IMG/VR virus record: IMGVR_UViG_3300029288_000072
Location: 1-64,000 of that record
Length of the DNA: 64,000 bases
Origin: a virus
Lineage: Duplodnaviria > Caudoviricetes
Direction: 5' to 3' (one strand)
Both the position numbers and the translations under genes were made by a program. The notes under the pieces are model-generated. The model was not told where the DNA came from. It did not search any database and was given only the letters and a program-made list of their open reading frames with translations. The stretch's first letter is position 1, and the number at the start of each line of letters is the position of its first letter. This document shows, piece by piece, positions 31,380 through 44,764 of the stretch.

Positions 31380-32958
31380 TAAAATATAAAAGAATATTAT
31401 TATGTTATGTGAAGCATGCGGAAAAAATCAAATATATACATGGTTGGATGTTGAAATAAATAAATATCCGGAACAATCTGAAGTTAGAGTTTGTAATATT
31501 TGTGAAGAATGTTTAATTAAAATAGATCCTGATATGTGGATCAGTAAAGAAATATGGGAAGATATAAATCCTGTAGTACCATTTGAAGAGTTAAGACCAT
31601 ATGATGTAGAAGAATTAGTATATCAGTGGATTAAATTTTGTAAACATTATGTTAGAAATAAAATTTAAGTATAATAAAAATCTCCATACAGAAGAAGTGA
31701 CATCTATAACTATACGATATAAATTAGATGGTAGAACTATTTTAAGAAAAGAATATCCAGCAGACTTTGTTAATTCACCAAATAATTTTGTAGTTTTGTG
31801 GATAGATTATTCAAAATTGTTTGAGAAAATTAAATCTGGATATAAATTTGAATCATATCCAGCAGATATTTGACAGTAAAACAACATATGTAAAGATTTT
31901 TGAAAATACTATCAAAAAAGGAATTAAAATGAAATATATAATTTTACAGTTACTAATTGCAGGAATAAATGTACCATTTATGTTTCGTGAATGGCACCAT
32001 AATAATGTTAACTATTTAATATTTGGATTTTGTTTAGCATGTGCATTTTGTAGTTCTATAGCAAAATACTATTCAAGAAAACAAAATATTTGACTTGTAT
32101 TGTTTTCAAGGTATACTATACTACAATCATGTCAAAAGTACCATTAAAAGAGCAATATCTAATTATAGATGCCATATGTTATGCTTACGACCATTATGCA
32201 GATTATTTTGTATATGTGAAAAATGCGTTAGAAAAAGAAAAAATTGAATATAATAGTTCCCACGAAGTATTTGTAGAAGAATATCTAACTGAATCGGGCA
32301 TTTGGTAAAGGATTAAAATGACTCAAAAACTTTTTACACCCGAATCTTTTTCCAAAGAAGATTATGATCTTTTACAAAAGGCTGGATTTAGATTTGTAAA
32401 AGATCGTCATGAAGATACATGGCATATAACTATTCTGTTTAATCGTCAACGGTGTGGATGGTCTTATTGCTGGAATATAGATGTTGTAAAAGATATTATA
32501 AATCTTTTAAAACTTGATTCGGATGTAAATTCGGATGAAGTTTATAATAGATTTTATAAACGTTTAAATATTATAACATACGAATATGAGCAATCTTTTT
32601 CACGATTACATTACAAACATAGAAGTGGTTCTCCACATTTTTATAATACAAACAGATGGATATTAGAAAATGAATTAGTTGCAGAAGGTGATGATTATTA
32701 TTTTATTAATTATATTCCAATGGGAGATACAGCAGACGGTAGTATACATACTAAAAAATTATATAAAACATTAGATCCAGTTAAGCAAATAGCTATAAAT
32801 GCTATACAAAAACAAATAGAATCTGCAATTGAATTCAAAGAATTAATAGAAAAATATGACATGACATTTCATCAATGAAGTATAAATGTATTAATAAGTA
32901 TAAAAAATTATTTTATGATACAATGAGTATAAATAAATTATATAAAGGAAGTAATAAT

Positions 32959-33111
32959 ATGAGAACGAAGTCATTAATCGTAAAAGTAACAGAAAATGAA
33001 CAAAAACTAATAAAAGAACGAGCAGAAGCATTAGGATTTGATTCAGTTAGTGATTATATACGATATATAGCACTAAATACAGAAAGTATTAAAAGAAGTA
33101 TAAGTAAATGA
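32959..33111 (+). CDS. ribbon-helix-helix (MobC/CopG-like) protein
   Basis: MRTKSLIVKVTENEQKLIKERAEALGFDSVSDYIRYIAL; ATGA overlap with the next gene. Confidence 0.75.
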   Translation: MRTKSLIVKVTENEQKLIKERAEALGFDSVSDYIRYIALNTESIKRSISK

Positions 33112-34367
33112 AAACATATAAACTACCAATAGTAATAGAAGAAGATGACAAATCATATATAAATGATTTGTGTCGTCAACAATCTATTATAGTTCGTAGT
33201 TCATATAATGATTTACTAAAAGGTAATTTAGTCAAAGACTTAGAACAAAAATACAAATCATTAAATAATATAGAAGATATGGATTCATGGTTTATTAGAT
33301 GTGGTATTCTTAGAGGAAAATCATTAACTAAACACAAACATATAATATTTGGTGGTAAACATACATTATCAAAATTGAATAAAAAGAAGATAACTAAAGA
33401 GGAATGGAAAAATAGAAGATTATATTCACTAGACATACAAGGTGAAAAACATCAAGGTGGTAATAGAAAATTCGAATTAAAATTAGAAGAAAATCAAATA
33501 TTATTCAAACCAAATAGAAATAAGAAGATATTAATTCAATTACCAAAGATAAGAAGAAAGTGGAAGAATGAACTTCAATATATTCAAGAAACTGAATCCT
33601 GTTTTTCAATTAAATTAACCAATAATACAATAGAAATCGTAGTAGATGAATTATTATTCAAACATGATAATTATTCATCAATAAAAGGAAGAATATTAGG
33701 TATTGATCTTAATCCAGATTATATTGGATATAATATTACTGATTTTCCGAAGAAAAAAGTAGTAATCAAAGAATGCTATAATACAGAAGAATTAAATACA
33801 AAATCAGGATTATCATCAGATCATCCAAAATCAAAATATCTCAAAAATAAAAGAAAATACGAATACTTACAAATATGTCACGAAATTATCCAAAAATGTA
33901 TTCATTACAAAGTAGAAAAATTATGTATCGAAGACCTTAATATTAAATCACAAGATTTTGGTAATAAACATACTAATAGAAAAAATAACCTTTGGATGAA
34001 AACCCTAATAAATAATAAACTGAAAATGTTGTGTAATATAGTAGGTATCGAATATGTAGAAATTAATCCAGCATATACTAGTATTATTGGTAATTTAGTA
34101 TATAATGATTTCGATCCAATAAGTGCAAGTAGAGAAATAAGTAGGAGAGGTTATTATAAGTACCAGAAAGGTAAGTTCTATCCAGGTTTAGAGTCTGTGA
34201 AACACCAATGGAAGGAAATGGTCACAGAAGATATCAATTCATGGAAAGAATTTGCCACTAAATTAAAAACTCTGGACATCAGATACAGAGTTCCACTAAA
34301 TGAAAATCATGTGGTTTCTAGACTTAAATATATAAAAAAGAAAATAACTTTATACTCTTTTATATAA
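33108..34367 (+). CDS. Divergent TnpB/Cas12f-like RuvC nuclease lacking the Zn finger
   Basis: ILGIDLNP, IEDL, INPAYTSIIG, DPISAS..I.RRG. Confidence 0.8.
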   Translation: MKTYKLPIVIEEDDKSYINDLCRQQSIIVRSSYNDLLKGNLVKDLEQKYKSLNNIEDMDSWFIRCGILRGKSLTKHKHIIFGGKHTLSKLNKKKITKEEWKNRRLYSLDIQGEKHQGGNRKFELKLEENQILFKPNRNKKILIQLPKIRRKWKNELQYIQETESCFSIKLTNNTIEIVVDELLFKHDNYSSIKGRILGIDLNPDYIGYNITDFPKKKVVIKECYNTEELNTKSGLSSDHPKSKYLKNKRKYEYLQICHEIIQKCIHYKVEKLCIEDLNIKSQDFGNKHTNRKNNLWMKTLINNKLKMLCNIVGIEYVEINPAYTSIIGNLVYNDFDPISASREISRRGYYKYQKGKFYPGLESVKHQWKEMVTEDINSWKEFATKLKTLDIRYRVPLNENHVVSRLKYIKKKITLYSFI

Positions 34368-37300
34368 AAAGACTATCTGAAGATGAGATAACTAAAATTA
34401 TTGATAATTATTTAATGGAAACACCTAATATTATACCACCATCATTAATCGGTGATATTATGACAAAATTTAAAGAATTGAAAAATAAAGATAATATATT
34501 TGAATAATATTTAAAGGATATTAAATGGAATCATATCAATATTATATAGAAAAAACTAAATGGAAATTCACAAGTTCATTATTTTCGGATGATATTCTTG
34601 GTGTATTAATATCAGTTGATAAAAAAGAATTGTATGTAGAATTGAATAATTGCCTTTGCCCTAACTGTGATTTTTCAAAACATATGCCTGATACATGTAT
34701 AACATTACAAAAACATGGTTATATCAAAAATGTAAAAGAATTTTATTTGACATATGTGGATTCTCCATTAAGGAAATTTTGTGATTTCCACTATATTGAG
34801 TTATTACCAACATATAAAAATTGTGAAAATATTAATAAAATTATATCAACATCATGTTTGCCTGTTAAATATTTAGATAAACTCATTAAAGACAATACTT
34901 GATTTTTATTGACATCTTTATTATTTCTGTTATCATTATACAAATCAAAAAAGGAGATTATATGTTCAAACTATTATATTTTAAATCAGTAGAAGACTTT
35001 AAAGAGCATTCTATAAATGAAATAATGGAGGCACATTTTGTTGCATATAGAGAAGGCGATGGTAATTATTTTGTTGTAAAAAACAAATGTGGTGCATGTA
35101 ATAGATCGTTTACAGAATCCGCATTTAAATTACATTTAGTACAATCAATAAACGAATATCAAGATATTGGATATGTTCATCCTCCATTTGATCGTGCATC
35201 ATTTATGCCATCATATTCTCCACAATATCATGCTGGAGATGTTGTTGCATGGAAATATGTTAAGGAATCTGTTGAACATTTTGCCATGATTGAAATGTAT
35301 ACTCAAGAAAAGTATTATTTTGATACTCCAATTGCAGCAGATCCTCAATTATTGAAATCTTTTACAGCATATAGTAGAATAGTTGATCAAAATTTGTATA
35401 TAAGAAAAGCAACAAAAGAAGAAAAAGAACAATATATTAAAAATAAAATATGTAAAACAAATTCAATCCAATCATCAGAATATACAAAAGAAGAGACAGA
35501 AATTTGGAAACACGTATTTGATAAATATTCTGCAAACAGGGCAACAGACATAGATAATATATTTAAAATATGTGATAGAGCAGTTAAAAGCTTTAGAAAA
35601 ACTGTACAAGGAAACTGATATATGTTAGAGTTGGAATTAATTCCTACGGATATCTTAAGAAAAGAACTATCAAAAAGAGAAGAAATACAACGTAAAAAAG
35701 AATATGATGATAGCGAAAAACATAGAATAAAGGAAATGAAACAATTAAGAACACTTCTTAAAGAAAAAGGTTTTAATAAAAGAATTATAATTTGTGGTGA
35801 ATCTGATGCATACAATATTCAATATGATGTTGGGTGGTTTAATAATACAGAAAGTAGATTTGGCAAAAGGGAAATTCCTATTAGAATTGTTCGAACAACC
35901 GATACATTAGATAAAATAGCAAAAGATCTTATTGATGATAATAATAGATATTGTAGAAAAAATCATACATTAGTATTATATGGTATTTTTTCAAAACAAG
36001 ATTATTTTAATGAATATAATATGCGTTATATTAAATATAGATATTTTAAAAATGATAGAATAAAACATAATTTTATAAAAGGATGACAATAATGATAGAA
36101 GGATTTGAAAATAAAGAAGCATTCGCTAGATTTAATTATATAATTGATATAGTACGAGGAAACAACATACCTATACAATGGAAATTATTGCCACAAACAG
36201 AAAAAGATATATATTTAAGAGAATCAGAAATAGCAGAATATGTTATAACCGAAGATGATTGCGATGATTTAGAACAATTTATTATGGGGAAATCAAAATG
36301 ATTACGTTACACTGGTCATATGGTTCTTCTTATTATGGTGATAATAAAGAAGCAGACTTTAAAATAATACATCGTGATAAGTTACAAACATTAATATGTC
36401 TTATTAATCGGGAGTTGTTGAGAACAGAAGAAATACCTATTACTTTTGTGTGTGGTAGATATGCATCTTGTGTATTAAAAGAAGCATTAATGGCATGTGG
36501 ATATTCTATACGACATTCAGAAAAATGGAATATTGTTATTGACACATCATTAGAATTAAATATTATTAAATTTAATGATGTTGAATTAACACTAATAGAT
36601 GCATCCAACATACAATTTGAATTTTATTCTCCATTTAATAATCTTGATGGGATATATAGATTATCTTCTATTTTAAATGAAGAAATAAAAAATAATAACT
36701 TAAAAGCAGCGTTAATGTTAACAGAAACATTACAAAGTAAATTAAAAGAAATAATAAATGGCTAAAATTAGAAAAATATACAAAATAGAGAAAAATAAAA
36801 TAGTTGAATATATTGTTGAGCCAAATCATGTTTTATCTGGCTGGTCTATTTTATTGGCCCCACCAGATAAAGATGGATATTGTAGTATATATCCTATATC
36901 AAACGAGGCATTAAAAAGAAGTAGATTTGATTCAATTAAAAAAGCAGAAACTTATGTTGGACTTGAAAATATAATATATTATAATGGTAGAGAAGAAGCA
37001 GAAGAAGTTCTTGAATTGGAAAGGAGATTTAAAAAATGAGCGGCAGATATAAAATCCATTTCGATAGTATTGCACATAATCCTCCACAAGAAATATCAGA
37101 AGAAGAAAAAGTTAGAAGAAAAGACCGCGACGAATTATATAAAACAAGAAAAAAGATATGGGATGATACCGCAAAAGTAGTAGATGGAATTCCCGGTAAA
37201 TGTGTCATTGTTTCCCGAGCCGAAAAACTAAGTATATTTGTAGACAAAAAACTAGTTGATGTTTGGCAATCTGATAAAGAAAGTATTTTATATTATTATA

Positions 37301-37622
37301 ATGATATAGAATTTCTTTCTGGTACAGCAGGATATATTTTGGTTTGTTCCGATGGTAAAAAACTAAGACAAATAACATTGATGAGTTGATACATGTTTAT
37401 TAAAAACAGATTATTTGATAAAGCAATTTTGATATTAAAAGATACATCCCTTAAGGAATATCAAATATTAAATGCAGCATATCAAAACATATTAACACAG
37501 AATTATGTTAATGAAATAAATAGACAAGACGATATTGTAAACTTATTTCGTAACAATAAATATTTTTGTAATATTTTAATACATATAGCACTTTTCGATT
37601 TTGAAAAAGATTTTGAAAGAAA

Positions 37623-37907
37623 ATGAATACTAAAGTAGTTCATTGTAATGCAGAAAAGTACGATGTATATATAGGACGACCTTCTATTTGGGAAAATCCT
37701 TTTATAATAGGAAAAGATGGGACACGAAAAGAAGTAATAGAAAAGTACGAAAAATATTTGAGAAATAACGAAGAATTAATAAATAGAATAATGGAATTGG
37801 ATGGAAAAATATTAGGATGTTGGTGTAAACCAAAACCATGCCACGGGGATATTATTATAAAAATTATAAACGAAATTAAAAACGAAAATATGTTAGGGGA
37901 ATTATGA
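37623..37907 (+). CDS. DUF4326 family protein
   Basis: YDVYIGRPSIWENPF...LGCWCKPKPCHGD. Confidence 0.85.
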   Translation: MNTKVVHCNAEKYDVYIGRPSIWENPFIIGKDGTRKEVIEKYEKYLRNNEELINRIMELDGKILGCWCKPKPCHGDIIIKIINEIKNENMLGEL

Positions 37908-40071
37908 CGAAGAAAGAATTATATATAGATGAACATGATGATATTCAGTATTTTGTTGATAAAATGGTATGTTATTTTAATAATAATGATATTAAAAACG
38001 CAATAAAAATGTATAAAAGGCTCAAATTAATGGAAGATGCTGATATAATTTACAGATTGTCTAAACCCGCATTTAAATTTTAATGGAGAAAAATATATGA
38101 CATCTAAAAAATCAATTAAATTTGGAAATACTAAAGAATTTGAGAATGATTTTAGAAAACATAATAAAGAAAATCTTGAAGAAATTCTTACAACCAAATT
38201 AGATAAATCTTTGAAAAAATCTGAAAAAGAAAATAAAATTCCTGAAATAAAAGAAGTATTACGATCATATTTATTTGTATTTAATAATGATGTACACTTA
38301 ACTGCATATATCAGAGAAATTAAATTTATTGATAATAAAACAATAAATTTACAATTTTTAGAAACAGAAAATTTAGACACAATACTATCTCTTGAAAAAC
38401 TAAAATATAAGGATATATACATATCTATTATTAATAGAACAGGATGTGACCTTTTAAGAATAGAATTTAATTTAAATGATATTATTGATATATACCCAAC
38501 CATATTATCACATGATTCTGGAGTTGCAATTTTTAATACAACATTAAAAATAAAAAATTTACACTATACAAAAATACCAGAAAAGAATAAAAATGTTTGA
38601 TTCATACGAAAAATTTACGGATGAAAATGGTAATGAATTATCATTTGAAGAATTGTTATCAGACGCATCGGTTAGACAAGCAAATCGGTTAGCCAATGAT
38701 CCAGAATGGTCACAAAAAATAACAATACATATCCATTCTATTATTAGTGCATTTGCTCTTGGTGTTTTAACCTCATATCCATATTATATCTCATTTCAGA
38801 TGCCACCAAATTTTGAATTAGTAATGAACAAAATGTCTTTATTAATTCAGAAAACTTTTGATGTATTGACAAATGAATGTGTAGAAGTGAGTTTGTTAAA
38901 ATTAAAAGGTGTATATTATAGATTGGCAATGTCAATACCAGAATATATTGCATGGAATGATATTACAGGAAATTCTTTTGATATAACAACTACTCCAACA
39001 AATCCATCGTTCATTGATTTGTCTGTTCCTCCCCATAATGCAGTAATATATTTGAGAAACGAAGAAAGAAATTATAAAAGATTTGACGACGAATTAAAAA
39101 AGAAATATGGAGATTTAAAATGAAAAAATTAATAGAAGATTCGACAAACATAGATCATCTAATGGAAGGACCATTAGAAGATGTTATTCTTAATTTAAAA
39201 CAATTGAAAAATATGAATTTTTCAAAGTTAAAAACTGCATATACATGGGATACATTTGATAGAATAGAAATATCTAGGATTTGGGATAATACAGAAATTT
39301 TAATACATGGCAAACGATAAGAAACAAATTTTGAATATAATAAGAGAATTAAAAAAGAAGAAAAACTAAAAAATAAAAATAATGAAAAAGCTAAAAGTAT
39401 TAAAAAATTAGCCAAACAATATAATTTAGATGAAAAAACTATAGAAATGATAGTAAAATCCGCAAAAATATAATGATTAAAATAGAACAAGAATTATATA
39501 GTTGCTACGTTGTAGGATCTAAGGATACTACTATATTAATACGGTATTGTGTATATGAAAAGGAAAATTTAAGATATTTGACTGCGTTCTACCATAACGA
39601 TACTGATATATTTTCTATATTATGGAGTCATTTCTCTAGGCTTAAAAATTGAGTGAATTAACATGAATAATTATAGAGTAAGAATTATATATAATGTGGA
39701 TCATATAGCAGACAGTATTCTTATTGTGTATAAACCAACTAACATGATTATAAAAAGATATTCTATTAATCAACCAGATATATTTTCTAAATTGTGGATA
39801 CTTCATTGTTCAAATTAAAATACATATATAATGATTATTATAATTTTGACATGGGTGGATATTATACAGAAATCCACCAATCCCAAGTTCTTGTTTGGAT
39901 GTGGCATCGGTTCGTATCTGAAATTATAACTCGCAACAATATATTAGAAGTACATTTGTGCAAAAAAGATAATATTTTAAAATCAAGAGGAAAGTTAACA
40001 ATAGAACAAGAGTTAGAATGGTACGAAAAAAATAAATTGACTTAGATATATTTAATCGGTATAATTATACA

Positions 40072-40326
40072 ATGGAAAAAGATATTTTAATAGTAGAAGA
40101 TTCTCAAGAAAGAATGAAACATATTAAACAATATGTTATAGGATATTCTTATGATTTAGCAGAAACGGCTGATTCTGCAATTTATTATTTAAAATCGTTT
40201 CAATATGATTATATATTTTTAGATCATGATTTAGCACAAAAGCATTACGAAAAAGAAGTTTTTGGAAAAGGAACAGGATTAGAGGTAGCTAATTATATTG
40301 CTGACAATCAACTACCCACAACCTAA
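40072..40326 (+). pseudogene. Stand-alone receiver-domain protein (cyclic-phosphate-processing type), truncated by the IS
   Basis: ILIVED...IFLDHDL...GTGLEVA; reads into the IS end. Confidence 0.65.
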
Positions 40327-41577
40327 AGGTAGTGGGTTTGTAACTAACTCTTGCGAGTCGCTACAATAGGCTGGTTGATTTCAGCCCTTGAAATATTAAT
40401 AGCAGCATTGTAGTCTGCATTAACTTCATAACCACAAGAAACACATTTAAAGTTTTCTTGAGTTAGTCTGTTTTCTTCGCAAATATACCCACATTGACTA
40501 CACTTCTGGCTTGTATAAGCAGGATTAATATATAACACTGGAACTCCAAGTAACTTTGCTTTATAGTCAATCATTTGTCTTAATTGACCAAAAGCCCACT
40601 TACCTCTTCGTGCATTATTATCCTTCCATTCTTTAGTCCAACCTTTTTGCGGAACTTGTTTCTTGAAGTTTAGATCTTCTAATTTGATTCCAACTCCAAG
40701 TGTCTTTGCTTTTTGAACTAAACGTTTACTTATACAATGATTTGTATCTTTCTTGAATCTTGATTCTTTTTTACTTATTTTCTTTAATCTACGCTTTGCA
40801 CTTCTACTACCTTTACTTTGCAATCTTGCTTTATATGAAGTTATTTTCTTTCTATAAGTCTCTACTCTTTCTCCACTTACAACTTCACCATCAGAGCAAG
40901 TAGCAAGATTTACTATACCTAAATCTACCCCAAGGAAATCTTTAACTTTATTAGTAGGTTCTTCGCTTGTTTCAGCGAAGAATGTAACATAAAACTTCCC
41001 TTTAACTTTATCATAACTTAATTCACTTTGACAACTTAAATCTAAATCTTCTAATGACTTACGAGTTCTAAATGGTAATTGAGTTCTTTTACCCAAAATC
41101 ATAATAGATAATTCATTATCTTTTTTAATAGTTAAATTTCTACTATCGTAATCAATTGAACCTAACTCGTTAAATGTCAATACTTTATTCTTTTGATTCC
41201 AGTTTTTATAGCAATCAGTTACTTTACCTATAACTCTTACAGCAAGTTGACTTGAAAGATTAAATCTTTGTTTTATCTCGTAATATACTATTTTATGTAA
41301 ATTAACTTTATTAAAAGTTTTTGTTTCAACTGCTTTTTGACTTACCCAATCACAAGCAGAATTAAAAACTTTCATAACATTAAGGAGTTCTTGATGTTGT
41401 TTTTCGTTTGGTAATAATTTACATTTAACTGCTAACTTCATCTTTTCCTCCTTTCATACTAATATATTTATAATCGAAAAATAAAATTTGACAAACTTTT
41501 TTATTCTATTATAATAAGTAGTAGAAAGGACGGCAATTACTCCCACCACCTAAAGGTAGTGGGTTTCCTTGCCGACA
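40307..41577 (-). mobile_element. IS200/IS605 (IS1341-type, tnpB-only) element
   Basis: Subterminal hairpins CCCACTACCTTTAGGT(G/T)GTGGG at both ends. Confidence 0.85.
40344..41441 (-). CDS. tnpB: TnpB
   Basis: GVDLG, LEDL, CSQCG..CVSCG, ADYNAAINI. Confidence 0.92.
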   Translation of the reverse strand: MKLAVKCKLLPNEKQHQELLNVMKVFNSACDWVSQKAVETKTFNKVNLHKIVYYEIKQRFNLSSQLAVRVIGKVTDCYKNWNQKNKVLTFNELGSIDYDSRNLTIKKDNELSIMILGKRTQLPFRTRKSLEDLDLSCQSELSYDKVKGKFYVTFFAETSEEPTNKVKDFLGVDLGIVNLATCSDGEVVSGERVETYRKKITSYKARLQSKGSRSAKRRLKKISKKESRFKKDTNHCISKRLVQKAKTLGVGIKLEDLNFKKQVPQKGWTKEWKDNNARRGKWAFGQLRQMIDYKAKLLGVPVLYINPAYTSQKCSQCGYICEENRLTQENFKCVSCGYEVNADYNAAINISRAEINQPIVATRKS

Positions 41578-42651
41578 TTAACAATGAAAAAATTAAAAAG
41601 AAAAATAACAAAAAGGCGTAATTATGAATACCCTTTTTCTGATGATGGTGGATTACACAATCCAAATATAAATTTTGTTTGTTTTGATTGTAGATTTGTA
41701 ACAAGAGATAAAAATGGTCAAACTCCTACATGTCCACATTGTGGAAAACAAATGACAAATGTATTTTGTAGAGATGAAATCCCAAGAAAAACAAATAATA
41801 GAGGATGGAAACTTTTAGAAAGAAAACACGGATGGATGAAATAGATGATTTTTAAAGAAACCGTATATCATTATTTTAAGGTAACTTGCGAAGATATAGC
41901 AGAAACACCAGAATATACTATTTTTATAGTTGATATGGAAAAACTTCAAGATGATATTAATCTTGGTATGATACAAGAAATTTATTTAAAAATGTTGATT
42001 GAAGAAGACATATTAACCATACACAAAACATTTACCGACTCACATTTCAAGTTCTTTAAATTATTTAAGTTTAAAAAGGACATATCATGAAATCATATGA
42101 TACTATATTGGAAAAGATAGAACTTATTAAAAATTATTATAATAAATTTTTAAACATTTCTAAAAATGATATTAAAATAAGTTATGAAATATATTCTGAT
42201 TCTGTAATTGGTGAAAGATTTATATCTTTTTATATATGCTGTTCTAGATTTTTTGAACATTGTTTTAATATAAATTTAAAAACGTTTACAGATGATGAAA
42301 TTAAAAACAATATTTTATATCTTGTAAACAGAGAAAGGGGATATTTTTATGGAGAATAAAGAGTTGTTAGAAATGTTTGTTGAAACATTAGTAGAAGAAT
42401 TGACAGACGAGTATAACAATAGGAATATGGATGAAAATGATGCTGAATATGAGAAAGATCATTTAAACATATTTTTAGATAGAAGAATTAGAGATATTGC
42501 ACGTCAATTAGTTGTTGCAACAAATAATAGTAGTATGCTTGAGAGATTGGATGAATTAGAAACACATACTCATAAACTTTATATTTATGAAGAAGAATGT
42601 TATAATCCGGAAATACATTATACCGAACCCCCTACAAAGATGGATTAATAT

Positions 42652-42930
42652 ATGAATAATATTATTTCTGATATTCTTAATGAAGTTGATAATGCAACTA
42701 AAAAATTTAATAATTGGCCGACAGATCCTCTTCATGCTCTTTCTATTATTGGTGAAGAATATGGAGAATTAAATAAAGCTGTTTTACAAAACGTTTACGA
42801 ACCACACAAAACTTCAATAAATGAAATAAAAATTGAAGCCATACAAACAGCAGCAATGATTATTAGATTTTTAGCTAGTTTAGATACATACAAATTTTCT
42901 AAAAGTGAACAGCATATACAGGAAACGTGA
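42652..42930 (+). CDS. MazG-like NTP pyrophosphohydrolase
   Basis: EEYGEL...EAIQTAAM. Confidence 0.6.
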   Translation: MNNIISDILNEVDNATKKFNNWPTDPLHALSIIGEEYGELNKAVLQNVYEPHKTSINEIKIEAIQTAAMIIRFLASLDTYKFSKSEQHIQET

Positions 42931-43421
42931 GATGTCAGAATTAATTACAAAAGAATTTCAAGAACAGATTGATGATATGAAAAGGAAAATCTTTGATATA
43001 TCAAAGGTAAAAGGAAAACCATTTCTTGGTGATACATGGAAAGAGGGAGATATTCCTTTATATGCATTCTTTACGGACGATTGCCAGGATTTAACTATGC
43101 ACATATTTTCTTTGAGAAATATAGAAAATATTATGAAACTATATGCATTATGTGAAAGAGGTAAAATTCCAAAATTTATTCAGATATCAAAAAGTTGTCA
43201 TTCTTGTGGAAAAAATCAAATATATGCAACTATTAATGTTCGACGGGTATCTGAATATAGAATATGTAGTGTTTGTCAAGATTGCTACAATAAACTCAAT
43301 AATGAAATTTTAATAGATCTTACCCTTTGGATTAACCTCAATCCGGTAATTCCGTATTATGCACTTCCGTTATGTACAGCATACTATAATGTTGGAAGTT
43401 TTAAACCCACAATTTGATAAA

Positions 43422-43787
43422 ATGATTTCTTCTTTTGGTACATTATGTTATAGAAAAGAATCTTTAGTTGTAGAAGTTTCTAAAGATTTGGCAAAATTAT
43501 ATCAATTTTTGTTGTCAAAAGAGATTGAAAAATATAATATACCTCTTTTTGATCCTCATATAACAATTATCAGAAAAGGCGAAATTTTAACGCCTATTGA
43601 TATAGATCAACATGAAATAGAGTTTTTCTATTATCCTTATATCGACTTTCATGATGAATATTATTTTATTCCAATAGACAAAAAGAATTTAGAAACTATA
43701 AGGGTTAATTATGGATTAGATTGGTGCTTTGACAAAGAAAAAGGATTTCATATAACCATAGCGAATATAAAAAATATAAAATGTTGA
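43422..43787 (+). CDS. 2H phosphoesterase-like protein
   Basis: Two HxT motifs, PHITI and FHITI. Confidence 0.7.
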   Translation: MISSFGTLCYRKESLVVEVSKDLAKLYQFLLSKEIEKYNIPLFDPHITIIRKGEILTPIDIDQHEIEFFYYPYIDFHDEYYFIPIDKKNLETIRVNYGLDWCFDKEKGFHITIANIKNIKC

Positions 43788-44326
43788 TATAATGTTAATT
43801 AGCCAGTCGTTGGCTAATAAAGGAGTGTTCCTATGGTTATTCAACCTACTGCATTTTATAATGCTTTCGAAGCTTTTGTTAAAGCCATAAAAGAGACAGA
43901 AATTCCTAATAGAGAAGTTCTTTATAATAATCTGTCACGAAAATCATATATAAATGAATATTGTACGTATAAATTTGGTGCAAATAGACAAGCTGGACAT
44001 ACATGTAATTCAATAGCTATATTACCAAAATATTTTGAGAATACTTGTTTTGTTTACTATAATTCTAATATGCAAAAACAGGTAGATATGGAGTATAAAT
44101 GGTTAAAACCATTAACATGTTCTCTGAATGGTGTTAAAAATCACCATTTAAGAGGATTACGTATAAATTGTGTTTGTATTGATCCTGCATCATTGTTTAG
44201 TAAAGATGAAATAGAAATGATTGTAAATGAAACAATGTTCGATTTAAACTATAAATTAATACTTTTAGAATAAAAAAGTAGTTGACAATCAAACTTTTTC
44301 TATTATACTTGTTCTAAAGGAACCAT

Positions 44327-44764
44327 ATGATTGATAATTTTACGGGAAAATATTTTTTCCTATCTAATTTTTACAAACATCCTATAATGTTTGAAGGATT
44401 AAAATATCCTTCATCTGAACATGCATATCAAGCATCAAAAACATTATATCCAGATGTAAAGCAGCAATGTTTATATATGTCATGTGGTGAATGTAAAAAA
44501 TGGGGAAGAAATATAAAAATGAGAGATGATTGGAACAACGTTAAACTTAAAATAATGAGAACTATTTTGAATATAAAATTTTCCGATCTAAAACTAAAGT
44601 CATTATTATTAGAGACTAGTTCGGAAGAATTAATAGAAGGAAATACTTGGAATGATACTTATTGGGGTGTTTGCAACTCTAAAGGTAGCAACCATTTAGG
44701 AAAATTATTAATGGAAATTCGTCAATCGTTCCAAAATGAAGATATATTAAAGGAATTAATATGA
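44327..44764 (+). CDS. NADAR (YbiA-like) family protein
   Basis: FLSNFY, SEHAYQA, KF....LLLET...LIE...DTYWG...NHLGKLLMEIR. Confidence 0.9.
   Translation: MIDNFTGKYFFLSNFYKHPIMFEGLKYPSSEHAYQASKTLYPDVKQQCLYMSCGECKKWGRNIKMRDDWNNVKLKIMRTILNIKFSDLKLKSLLLETSSEELIEGNTWNDTYWGVCNSKGSNHLGKLLMEIRQSFQNEDILKELI

Noticed and set aside
33108-34500. 33108-34367 as a type V CRISPR effector locus
   Set aside because: No repeat-spacer array adjacent; the layout is that of an RHH-TnpB insertion
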